64,000 nt of DNA, taken from positions 1 through 64,000 of the forward strand of contig JBIIGV010000002.1 of assembly GCA_044236265.1 (NCBI GenBank). The letters are read 5' to 3'. Source of the DNA: Oligoflexales bacterium (GTDB lineage: Bacteria; Bdellovibrionota_B; Oligoflexia; Oligoflexales; RGVZ01). Each line of letters opens with the position of its first letter. Positions within the stretch are counted from its first letter, which is position 1. The notes below the pieces were generated by a model. The model was given only the letters and a program-made list of their open reading frames with translations. It had not been told where the DNA came from and did no database searches. The position numbers were made by a program, and so were the translations under genes. Shown piece by piece: positions 30,572 through 39,642 of this stretch.

Positions 30572-31035
30572 AGAGCAAGCCGAGCACTCACTCAAAGTGA
30601 CTAGGCGCTAACGTGACTAATCAAATGTTTTGACTAGGCACCTGCTCACAAGAAGTCCGTCATCTTTAACACTTAGCCTGATTAGGCAGGTGAACAGTAG
30701 TGATGACTATTCAAAAACATAGACTAAACACAGGCACTTATCTGAAAGAAAGAGCGTTAGGTGTTTCGGTGAGGTTTAAGCTTCTGCTTTTTTTCTGCGA
30801 GCCTTTGCCCGGGTGGCGCCTTTTTCTGCGGCTCGTTGAAACAATGGCTAAACCTTTAAGCTCTACTAAAACACCAAATGCTCGAATCGTCTCAATCATC
30901 TTCTTTCCAGGTCTTTTGACGAGTGGCTCTTAAGTATCGGTTGGTTCATTAACTTAAGGCGCTCTGGTTGTCTTCCCGTCTTTTCTCTTGAGCCCTGGTG
31001 ACAGTTTTAGCGTTGTCGCGCGTAGTTGTAAGTTA

Positions 31036-32055
31036 TTAAACTGCTGGAACCGGTGTAAAGAACGCCTGAGTCATCAGGTTGATAGTTTTATTGACTTTTT
31101 TCGCTACTACTTTGTTAACATTTAAATTTTTCAGGGTGTTGAAAGCTGTCTTAATTGAACCTGCTTCTACGTAATAGACGGTCATGCCCGCCTGCAATAC
31201 ATCTGGATTGTCGATATTGTCATTTTGACGCCAGATGTGTTTCCAGAGATTGGATTTACCATAAACTCTCTTGGAGATGGCAGCTAGCGTGTCGCCTTCG
31301 CGAACAGTTTCCTTGGCGCGACGAATGTTTTCATAAGTCTGAGCAAAGTTCATGCTTGCATCTTCAAGGGTGTAGTAAATCAGATCGCCTGGATAGATTT
31401 GGTTCGGGTTATCAAGGCCACTAAGGCTTGCGATATCCCTCCAGCGCTTTTGATCGCCGTAAATCTTCTGAGCAATCTTACCTAGTGTGTCGCCTGCCTC
31501 CACAACGTAAGCCATCTTGGAGCCGTTTTGCGGCATACCAGCTGCTGAAGCTGCTGGGGCTGGTGCAGCTTCCGCAGTGGCTGGTGCCGGTGCTGCCTCA
31601 GCTGGTGCTGGTGTAGCTTCCGCGGTGGCTGGTACGACTTCCGCTGGAGCTGCCTCAGGGGCGGCTTGACCTTCAGAAGGAGTATTACTCATTTCTGAAA
31701 TAATACCGGCTACATCACCGTTTGGAGTCGTCTCTGCTCCCGCTACCGCTTCATTAGTTGTAACGTTTGAACCATTGCCGACATTTGCGGTTTCGCCAGC
31801 ATTGTTTCCTTCAGCACCACCTTCTTCGTTCGCGGCAACTTCGTTACCGCCATCTTGGGTGGCCTCCTCTTGTTGTTGACCTTGAGCCTCAGCCGTTTGG
31901 CTGTCCTCCTGGCCCTCACCTTGTTCTTGTCCCTGAGCACTGACTTCTTCGTCCATGCCTTGCTGTTCTTGCTGGCTTGAACATCCAGCAAAAGACAGCA
32001 ACGAAGCGGTGGCGAAGGCCGTCAGCACTAAGCGACGTCTCCAATTAAACCTCAT
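31036..32055 (-). CDS. Lipoprotein with two LysM domains and a long acidic/Ala-Pro linker
   Basis: Lipobox FAG-C; GGAGG RBS; LysM repeats YVVEAGDTLGKIA...NPNQIYPG and TVREGDTLAAIS...NPDVLQAG. Confidence 0.88.
   Translation of the reverse strand: MRFNWRRRLVLTAFATASLLSFAGCSSQQEQQGMDEEVSAQGQEQGEGQEDSQTAEAQGQQQEEATQDGGNEVAANEEGGAEGNNAGETANVGNGSNVTTNEAVAGAETTPNGDVAGIISEMSNTPSEGQAAPEAAPAEVVPATAEATPAPAEAAPAPATAEAAPAPAASAAGMPQNGSKMAYVVEAGDTLGKIAQKIYGDQKRWRDIASLSGLDNPNQIYPGDLIYYTLEDASMNFAQTYENIRRAKETVREGDTLAAISKRVYGKSNLWKHIWRQNDNIDNPDVLQAGMTVYYVEAGSIKTAFNTLKNLNVNKVVAKKVNKTINLMTQAFFTPVPAV
31545..31665 (-). repeat. Degenerate coding repeats (PATAEA-x-PAPA / APAEAAPA) in the LysM lipoprotein linker
   Basis: Translation shows PATAEATPAPA and PATAEAAPAPA; GCTGGTG(C/T) recurs on the + strand. 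Confidence 0.55.
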
Positions 32056-32415
32056 CGTTTACCTCCATAAAAAGTTTTTTGAAAACAAATCCACAGTATG
32101 GACGTCGGCAAATTTCTTTCCTGCTTTAATTTTGAAATAGAGCCAAGTCAGCAGCAATGGGCAAGGCTTTCACGTTCTGTGTGGCCACAAAATTAAACTA
32201 ACGACCCTGTTCACGTCTAATCAGCTTAAAACCATTCGAAGCCAAGGGATCCAGAGCCTGGTGATGGGTCTGATTAACCACAAATTGGAGCTCTACTAGG
32301 CATTTTTTTTACAGCCAAACGGAAAAACATCTAAAAAAATTTTTTTATCAGCTATGATTTTTTTTGAAAATCACAGGGACCTTGTCCTCATTAAACAGAT
32401 TTCAAGTCAGGCGTA

Positions 32416-33405
32416 TTGATTTTGGCAAAACATTCAGAACAAAAAACTTATCAGCACACACCAGTTCTATTCCATGAGTCGGTGGACATCTTGAGTCCAA
32501 TGCTTGGCTCTACACTCATTGACTGCACGCTTGGCGGCGGCGGTCACACGTCTCTTATGCTAGAAAAAGTTGGCCCTACCGGCCGGGTGGTAGCTTTTGA
32601 CAGAGACCTCAAGGCGATCGATAACGCAAAGGCAAAATTGTCGAGCTCATTGGCGTCCGGAAAACTTGAAATCGTTCATGCAACATTTGGTGACATCCTT
32701 AAACATGCCGAAAAACTTAATTTAGTCGGCGCCGTTTCCGGTGTACTTGCCGATATTGGAGTGTCCAGTCACCACTTGGATGAGGATTCTCGTGGGTTTT
32801 CATTTATGCACGATGGCCCCCTCGACATGCGCATGGATCAGACGAGTGGAATCACTGCGGCCGAATTTCTTCGTTATGCCGACGAAAAAGATATTGCGGA
32901 TGTCATTTGGAAATATGGTGAAGAACCGAAATCTCGTTTCATCGCCCGGCTCATTTGCGAGATACGAACGAAGTCTCCCCTTACAACGACAAAACAATTG
33001 GCAGACCTCATTTCATCAAAAGTTATTTGGAAGGAGGCTAGTCGAAAGCATCCTGCAACGCGAACATTCCAAGCCCTCCGAATCCATGTAAACGACGAGC
33101 TCGGACAACTCAAACAACTACTGAAAGACGCGCCCAAGGTTCTGGCCCCCGGTGGAATTCTCGCAATTATCACTTTTCACTCCCTTGAAGATCGCTTGGT
33201 TAAGGAGTCCATGTTAGAGATGAGCGGAAAAACCAAACGACAGTCGATACCGCGAGATCTTCCCCTGACGGATGCGCAAGTCAGCCAAATGAGTGCCAGC
33301 CAAGGAACAATCCTTAAACCTTTTCCAGTTGCTCCCAACGAACAAGAGATTCGGGACAACCCTCGTGCACGAAGCGCAAAGTTAAGGGCTATCCGTTTCC
33401 AGTAA
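32416..33405 (+). CDS. rsmH: 16S rRNA m4C1402 methyltransferase RsmH (MraW)
   Basis: HTPVL, DCTLGGGGH, DIGVSSHHLD, PLDMRMD, TFQALRI, FHSLEDR and NPRARSAKLR. Confidence 0.97.
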   Translation: MILAKHSEQKTYQHTPVLFHESVDILSPMLGSTLIDCTLGGGGHTSLMLEKVGPTGRVVAFDRDLKAIDNAKAKLSSSLASGKLEIVHATFGDILKHAEKLNLVGAVSGVLADIGVSSHHLDEDSRGFSFMHDGPLDMRMDQTSGITAAEFLRYADEKDIADVIWKYGEEPKSRFIARLICEIRTKSPLTTTKQLADLISSKVIWKEASRKHPATRTFQALRIHVNDELGQLKQLLKDAPKVLAPGGILAIITFHSLEDRLVKESMLEMSGKTKRQSIPRDLPLTDAQVSQMSASQGTILKPFPVAPNEQEIRDNPRARSAKLRAIRFQ

Positions 33406-33472
33406 TAAATGCGTATAATGGTTTTGAGAGATTTAAAAATTACATTGATTGGCACATTTTTCTGGGGGGTCT

Positions 33473-33745
33473 ATGCGAACCTTAACTATTCGCTTAGCAA
33501 TTCTTTGGACCTTTGTTCTTTCTATGTCGGCATTCGCCCGCGTACACTTTCGCAGTGTTACAACGGGAGTCGCCTACGACCTGGGTCAATTAAAGACCCG
33601 CGAGGGCAAACTCCTTGAAGAGCGAAGCGAGCTACGCGGCGAGCTGGCGCGTCTGACCACAAAGAAAAAACTTGAAGATTTAGCTCAATCAGCAATTAAG
33701 CCAGCAAAGACGAGTAACAGTGAATCCGGAGCGACACGCCAGTGA
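33473..33745 (+). CDS. ftsL: Cell division protein FtsL-like
   Basis: One TM plus a leucine heptad coiled coil; lies between rsmH and ftsI. Confidence 0.75.
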   Translation: MRTLTIRLAILWTFVLSMSAFARVHFRSVTTGVAYDLGQLKTREGKLLEERSELRGELARLTTKKKLEDLAQSAIKPAKTSNSESGATRQ

Positions 33746-35622
33746 CTGCAAATGGGTCTAGGTACAGTTTGGCAAAACTGCAAAAACTCCTTAAAAAATC
33801 CTTTGAGACAAAAGAGTCCACGGGAGGGTTTGATATAACGAGGGCATCTTTTCTTGCCTTAATTTTACTTGGTATCTTCGGTGTTTTGATTGGGCGCGCA
33901 GCAGTCATTCAGTTATTTCCCCCATCCGCGGAAGCGCTTCGACGCATAGCGGCCCGTCAATATGAGCAACATTTGGAGCTAGCCCCTTACCGAGGCCCGG
34001 TTCTAGATCGCAACAGTCACCCCCTGGCCATAAGTGTAAAAAAACCATCCGTCGCGATAAACCCGCGCGTGTTCAGGCCAAACGCCCAACAAATGAAGCA
34101 ACTGGCATTACTTCTTGATCTACCTCGCGAAAAGATAAAAGACGTCGCGTCCAAGGACGCGTATTTTGCATGGCTTAAACGAAAAATCGACCCCGCCGTA
34201 GCACAAAAGGTAGAAGGTCTGGAGCTGAAGGGGCTCTATCTTGTCAATGAGGCCACCCGCCTCTACCCTCTGCAGTCAACGGCCGCCCATCTACTCGGAG
34301 CCGTAGGCAGTGAAAATCAGGGTTTGCTTGGGATTGAGCGCCAATTCCAGCAACTCCTAGCCGGAAAGACCACCGCTGTCAGTCCTTCAAAGGACGCCAG
34401 AGGAAGAACTATTCTATATTCGAGTGATATGGCTGCACCAGATCTTCCCGGTCATACGATTCAACTCAGCATTGATCACGCCATTCAGGAAATCACTGAA
34501 GAGGCTTTAACCTCTGGCGTTATCGCTGCACGAGCTAAAAGCGGATTTGCGGTTGTAACCGATCCGCACACAGGAAAAATCCTTGCTCTAGCAAACTATC
34601 CGACATTTGATCCCAATCAGATTAGTAAAGCTAAAACGGAACACACCAGAAATTATGCGCTCCTAGATCTCTTTGAACCCGGATCGATCATCAAGCCATT
34701 TGTCGTAGCCGGAGCCCTGGAGATGAAAAAAACATCCCCCCATGAACTTCATAATTGCGAAAATGGTGTATACCGTGCCGGCGGCGTTGTTTTCCGGGAC
34801 GACCACCCGGCACCGATGCTGTCTACCGTCGAAACGCTCGTAAGGTCGAGCAATATATGTACTTTTAAAATTGCAGAGCGACTTGGCAAGCAAGGTCTCT
34901 ACGACATTTTACAGAAATTTGGTTTCGCTGGTGGCATCTCAATTTCTGAGTTTTTCCCTCCTACCATGCGAGGAAGCATTGCAAAGCCAGGGTCCTGGAA
35001 GCCGATTAGATTTGCAAATGTGGCCTTTGGACAGGGATTTACAACCACTGGAATCGAAATTGCCATGGCATACGGCGCATTAGCCAATGGGGGCAACCTA
35101 ATGCGTCCAATCTTAGTGGATCGCATCACAAGTCCAAGCGGTGAAATCGTTTACGCTGCAACCCCCGAAGCAAGTGCCCATGTTCTTTCGATTGATCACG
35201 CTCGACAAATGAGAGATATCCTGGCGCGTGTCGTCACGGACAAAAAAGGGACCGCCTCGAAGGCTGCGACAGAAGACTACACAACTGGGGGAAAGACCGG
35301 AACCGCCGAAAAAGTTGATCCAGTTTTAAAAGCTTATTCACCAGACAAAAGAATTGCCAGCTTTGCTGGCTTTGCACCTGTTGCAGACCCTTACCTGACA
35401 ATTTTTGTCATCATCGATGAGCCCGGAGTAAAACCGGCTTATGGCGGTCTCTGGGCGGCACCCGTATTCGCAGATATTGCGGAAAGAAGTTTAAGATATT
35501 TAAATGTAGCGCCCGATAAAAAGCCAACTAAGATAACCTCGCAGGCACAGGCAGCAAAAGTCTCCACTGCAAAGCCAACGCCAGCTAACGAGTCAAATGA
35601 AAAACCATCGCGCAGATTTTGA
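33742..35622 (+). CDS. ftsI: Peptidoglycan D,D-transpeptidase FtsI (PBP3)
   Basis: RGPVLDRN, EPGSIIKP (SxxK), SSN (SxN) and KTGTAEK (KTG). Confidence 0.93.
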   Translation: MTANGSRYSLAKLQKLLKKSFETKESTGGFDITRASFLALILLGIFGVLIGRAAVIQLFPPSAEALRRIAARQYEQHLELAPYRGPVLDRNSHPLAISVKKPSVAINPRVFRPNAQQMKQLALLLDLPREKIKDVASKDAYFAWLKRKIDPAVAQKVEGLELKGLYLVNEATRLYPLQSTAAHLLGAVGSENQGLLGIERQFQQLLAGKTTAVSPSKDARGRTILYSSDMAAPDLPGHTIQLSIDHAIQEITEEALTSGVIAARAKSGFAVVTDPHTGKILALANYPTFDPNQISKAKTEHTRNYALLDLFEPGSIIKPFVVAGALEMKKTSPHELHNCENGVYRAGGVVFRDDHPAPMLSTVETLVRSSNICTFKIAERLGKQGLYDILQKFGFAGGISISEFFPPTMRGSIAKPGSWKPIRFANVAFGQGFTTTGIEIAMAYGALANGGNLMRPILVDRITSPSGEIVYAATPEASAHVLSIDHARQMRDILARVVTDKKGTASKAATEDYTTGGKTGTAEKVDPVLKAYSPDKRIASFAGFAPVADPYLTIFVIIDEPGVKPAYGGLWAAPVFADIAERSLRYLNVAPDKKPTKITSQAQAAKVSTAKPTPANESNEKPSRRF

Positions 35623-38452
35623 TCAAATTTTTCGTGAGCTTGATAGTGTCGGCCTTGAGCCAGAAATTCTATCCAAAGTGGGCGGGCGACCGCTTTATTC
35701 GGGTGTAGCCGCAGACTCCCGACGCGTTACAAAGGATGACATTTTCTGCGCCATAAAAGGCGCGAAAAACGACGGCCATGCCCTACTTCAAGACGTCGCA
35801 GAAACTTCCACCCTTTTGATTGTTGAAAGAGCAGTCGACGTTACAACGCTTGCTAATGCGAGCATTATAAAAGTTAAATCTACGCGCGGAGCCTGGGCCA
35901 CATTGGCATCTTTCTTCGCAGATCACCCCGCCAATGAACTCATTATGGTTGGGATTACTGGAACAAACGGCAAAACAAGTACGACATGGTTGCTTCGGGA
36001 AATCTTTACGGGACTTGGGATAAAATCAGGAAGCATCGGAACCCTTGGGTTTTTTGCTGGCGAAGAGCACATAGAAAGCGCGCACACAACACCGGACCCG
36101 GATGTGTTGTATCCAATGCTTTCGTCATTTGTCACAAAAGGCTTAACGCACGTGGTGATGGAGGTATCCAGTCATAGCTTGGCGCAAGGTAAGGTTTGGC
36201 CGATCATGTTCGATGCCTGCGCCTTTACCAGTTTTAGTCAGGACCATCTCGATTTTCATTCGTCTATGGATGAGTACCTGACCGCTAAACTTTTGCTTTT
36301 TTCTAGGCATCTCAAAGATGGCGGCATCCCTCTAGTCCACCAAAAGGTTCTCGAATGGCCAGCAGCTAAAATGGAGATGGCTCGGTTGCCGCACGGCTAT
36401 CTTTCTTATGGCCATCATTCAACGTACGCAAACTTTCGTGTGCGCTCTGATTCCAATTTTAAACAAGGTTTTTCGCGCGTAGTAGTCGAAAGCACTGAAG
36501 ACATGTCAAGCACTCTTACATTGCCAATGGTGGGCGATGTTTTTTGTGAAAACTTCTCAGCCGGCTTGATACTCGCGACACAATTACTTAATTCAAAGCT
36601 TTCGATCATTAGTCAAAGAATCGGCCAGTCTCAAATAAAACCAGTTCCAGGGCGCTTAGAGCTTGTACGGACGTCGCAAAAACCATGGCGGCCATCTGTT
36701 TACGTAGATTATGCGCACACGCCTGACGCTCTTGAAAAAAGTATTGCCAACCTATCTTCTACTCCAAAGTCGATCATTACCGTTTTCGGATGCGGAGGTG
36801 AACGGGACAAAACCAAGCGCCCGATCATGGGTGACATAGCTGCAAGATTATCATCAAAAGTCACCATCACTAGCGACAACCCAAGATCTGAGAATCCGGC
36901 AACGATCATTGAGGACATTTTGGCAGGTATAGTGGACAAGTCTAACGTCGACTCCATTATCGACCGCAGAGTTGCCATAAGACAATCCATTGCTGGATGC
37001 ACAGCACAAACACCAATTTTGATTGCTGGGAAAGGGCATGAACCATACCAGATCATCGGCTCAAAATCGTTTCCTTTCAGCGATCAAAAAGAGGCGCTAA
37101 CTGTTCTTGAAGAGTCAAAGGCGTGGCTTGTGGTGGGAGCAGGAGTCACCGGTTTCGCCGCGGCAAAGTTGCTTAGTCAGGCTAAGGAGAAGGTTTATCT
37201 TTACGACGATAAACCAATTCAGATTCCTGAGTATCTCAAAGACTTAACGTCAGTAGTCACGGCTGAAGATGTCCCGTGGTCTAAAGTCGATTTTGTTGTT
37301 AGCAGTCCAGGCTTTTCAAGAGAACATCCGATACTGATGGCGGCTGCTCAAAACAGTAAGGAAATAATTTCTGAAATCGACTTGGGCCTTGACCGCTACC
37401 GGGGGTCAATCATCGGGGTCACTGGAACAAATGGCAAGTCGACGACTGTCTCTATGATCGAATTTATTTTGCGCAGTAAAGGAGTCGATGCCGATGCCTG
37501 TGGCAATATCGGTATACCACCATCATCGATTCCTATTTGGAAAAAGTCTGACCGCCACGTCTGCGTGTTGGAACTATCAAGTTACCAGCTAGATGGAAGC
37601 TCTGTCTGGCCAACAAGCGCGGCTGCGATCACAAGCTTTTCGGCAGACCATCTTACAAGACACAAGACCATGTCCGGCTATTTCGCTGCCAAGTGGCGAC
37701 TTACAAAGTGGTTAGAGCCATCATCCGTACTGGTGTTGGCGCAAGATGTTGCAGAATTTGCGCTCCGAGAGGGCTCTCTTTGGCCCAACTGCCGTACAAT
37801 TATTGTCCGCAAAAATAACGCCATCATCGCTGCTCCAGCCGGTTGCGAATTTGCGGAAATCATCGGCGGACAATTGGAGTTTGGTGGGTGGCAACTTCAA
37901 TTTAACCATCTAGGAATCCTGGGAGAGCACAACCAGTTTAATGCTTTCGCAGCAGTCATTCTAGCAAGCCACGTAATGGGTCTTTCACCACAAGAGCTCA
38001 TGCCAATTTTGCGTCAATACAAGGGATTGCCATATCGATGCGAGGTTGTTTTTGAAGATGGTCGGCGATCAATCATAAACGACAGTAAATCGACAAATTT
38101 AGAGAGTACCTTGGCCGCCATGAGCATGGCAAAACGCCCAGTTATTCTTATGATGGGTGGCCAAGGAAAGGGTGAGCCATACGATGACCTTAGCCAGGTT
38201 AAGGATAAGATCGCCACCTTGATTACATTCGGACACTCCGGTCGAATCATCGCTGATCAGTCCCCAAGCGGGGTTCCTGTCGAATCATTTGACAAAATGG
38301 CCCCGGCCGTCTTGCGCGCACTAGATCTTGCGAAACATCATAATCTTGACGTCATCTTTAGTCCCGGCTGTGCCAGTTTTGACGAATTTAGAAACTTCGA
38401 ACATCGCGGCGCTGTCTTTACACAAATGGTCGCAGACCATGCACTTGTATAG
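35597..38452 (+). CDS. murE-murD: Bifunctional MurE-MurD fusion ligase (aa about 1-506 MurE, about 507-951 MurD)
   Basis: MurE motifs: GITGTNGKTS, HTTPD, MEVSSH, DHLDFH, DYAHTPDA, GCGGERD, SDNPRSE, AGKGHE. MurD motifs: GAGVTG, SPG, GVTGTNGKSTT, GNIG, ELSSYQL, NDSKSTN, SPGCASFDEFRNFEHRG. One reading frame throughout. Confidence 0.92.
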   Translation: MKNHRADFDQIFRELDSVGLEPEILSKVGGRPLYSGVAADSRRVTKDDIFCAIKGAKNDGHALLQDVAETSTLLIVERAVDVTTLANASIIKVKSTRGAWATLASFFADHPANELIMVGITGTNGKTSTTWLLREIFTGLGIKSGSIGTLGFFAGEEHIESAHTTPDPDVLYPMLSSFVTKGLTHVVMEVSSHSLAQGKVWPIMFDACAFTSFSQDHLDFHSSMDEYLTAKLLLFSRHLKDGGIPLVHQKVLEWPAAKMEMARLPHGYLSYGHHSTYANFRVRSDSNFKQGFSRVVVESTEDMSSTLTLPMVGDVFCENFSAGLILATQLLNSKLSIISQRIGQSQIKPVPGRLELVRTSQKPWRPSVYVDYAHTPDALEKSIANLSSTPKSIITVFGCGGERDKTKRPIMGDIAARLSSKVTITSDNPRSENPATIIEDILAGIVDKSNVDSIIDRRVAIRQSIAGCTAQTPILIAGKGHEPYQIIGSKSFPFSDQKEALTVLEESKAWLVVGAGVTGFAAAKLLSQAKEKVYLYDDKPIQIPEYLKDLTSVVTAEDVPWSKVDFVVSSPGFSREHPILMAAAQNSKEIISEIDLGLDRYRGSIIGVTGTNGKSTTVSMIEFILRSKGVDADACGNIGIPPSSIPIWKKSDRHVCVLELSSYQLDGSSVWPTSAAAITSFSADHLTRHKTMSGYFAAKWRLTKWLEPSSVLVLAQDVAEFALREGSLWPNCRTIIVRKNNAIIAAPAGCEFAEIIGGQLEFGGWQLQFNHLGILGEHNQFNAFAAVILASHVMGLSPQELMPILRQYKGLPYRCEVVFEDGRRSIINDSKSTNLESTLAAMSMAKRPVILMMGGQGKGEPYDDLSQVKDKIATLITFGHSGRIIADQSPSGVPVESFDKMAPAVLRALDLAKHHNLDVIFSPGCASFDEFRNFEHRGAVFTQMVADHALV

Positions 38453-38487
38453 AGAATTCTGTATAATAGCAGAAGGAGTTGCCAAGT

Positions 38488-39642
38488 ATGACTAGTGTAG
38501 CCAAACCAAGCTCAGCCACTTGCGAAGTGAATAAACTTCAAAGCGCCGGACAACTTCTATTTGCCACCACTCTTTTGCTCGTTATGTCTGGATTGATCAT
38601 GGTCTATGCGGCCAGTGCTCTGAAGGGCGAACAGCAGTTTAATGATGCGTTTTTCTTCATTCGCAAGCAAGGAGCCGTTGCGCTGGCTGGATTTGCGTCA
38701 GTAGCTTTAATCGCAAAAGTGCCTATGCGATTCATAGAGCGCATGACGCTTCCTTTGCTAGTGGGTTCACTTATTTTGTTAGCATTAATTTTTGTACCCG
38801 GTGTTTATAAGACCGGCGGTGGTGCGGCCCGATGGATCTCACTGGCCGGCTTTCGATTTCAAACATCAGAATGTGCCAAATTAGCCCTGGTTTTTTTCTT
38901 AGCTAAAAATCTTTCGCGAAAAGGTTTCAATATAAATTCATTCAAGTCTGGCGTTTTGCCTAATGTTTTTGTGTTTTGTCTGTTTGCTCTATTCATGATG
39001 AAACAACCAGACTTCGGCTCTACAGTTCTGATGGGCACCGTCATGGTTGGAATGCTTTTTGTCGCGGGATTAGATTTTCGGCTCATTATCGGTGCTTTTT
39101 TTGCGGCTCTGGCCGCAGTCGTTGCTGCTATTTTAGTTGCGCCTTACCGTCTAGCGCGTCTCACAAGTTTTTTGGATCCTTGGGCTCAAATCAAAGGCGG
39201 TGGATTTCAAATTATTCAGTCGTACTTGGCATTTCAAAATGGCGGGCTTATGGGGTCAGGACTAGGAGAAAGTCGGCAGAAGCTTTTCTTCCTTCCGGAA
39301 GCTCACACGGACTTTATTTTGGCCGTGCTGGCAGAGGAGCTTGGATTTCTCGGAGTGACTTTCATTTGCCTTGCGTTTGCGTACTACTGCTTTCTTGGCT
39401 TTCGTATTGCCTTCTTGCAGACCCACCCGTTTAGGATGTACCTTGCGTTCGGGCTCACCTCCATGATCGGTTTTCAGGGGGCAATTAACATGTGCGTCGC
39501 GATGGGAATGCTACCTACAAAGGGAATTCCGCTTCCATTTATCAGTAGTGGAGCAAGCAGTCTTTTGATGAGTCTCGTGGCGACCGCTCTTTTGTGGCGA
39601 CTGACGATCGAAGATCATGACGAACAAAAACGACGATCTTAA
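38488..39642 (+). CDS. ftsW: Peptidoglycan glycosyltransferase FtsW
   Basis: AAGGAG RBS; ARWI, FQTSE, QPDFGS and LPEAHTDFI; multiple TM helices. Confidence 0.95.
   Translation: MTSVAKPSSATCEVNKLQSAGQLLFATTLLLVMSGLIMVYAASALKGEQQFNDAFFFIRKQGAVALAGFASVALIAKVPMRFIERMTLPLLVGSLILLALIFVPGVYKTGGGAARWISLAGFRFQTSECAKLALVFFLAKNLSRKGFNINSFKSGVLPNVFVFCLFALFMMKQPDFGSTVLMGTVMVGMLFVAGLDFRLIIGAFFAALAAVVAAILVAPYRLARLTSFLDPWAQIKGGGFQIIQSYLAFQNGGLMGSGLGESRQKLFFLPEAHTDFILAVLAEELGFLGVTFICLAFAYYCFLGFRIAFLQTHPFRMYLAFGLTSMIGFQGAINMCVAMGMLPTKGIPLPFISSGASSLLMSLVATALLWRLTIEDHDEQKRRS

Noticed and set aside
30700..30933. 77-aa + strand ORF in the murU-LysM gap
   Set aside because: No convincing RBS or recognisable motif. 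The region is reported as unexplained instead.
32056..32415. Possible mraZ, MraZ boxes, rnpB or DnaA box upstream of rsmH
   Set aside because: No suitable ORF, no GTGGG repeat array and no RNase P GAGGAAAGTCC motif. AAATCCACA at 32087 is only 7/9.
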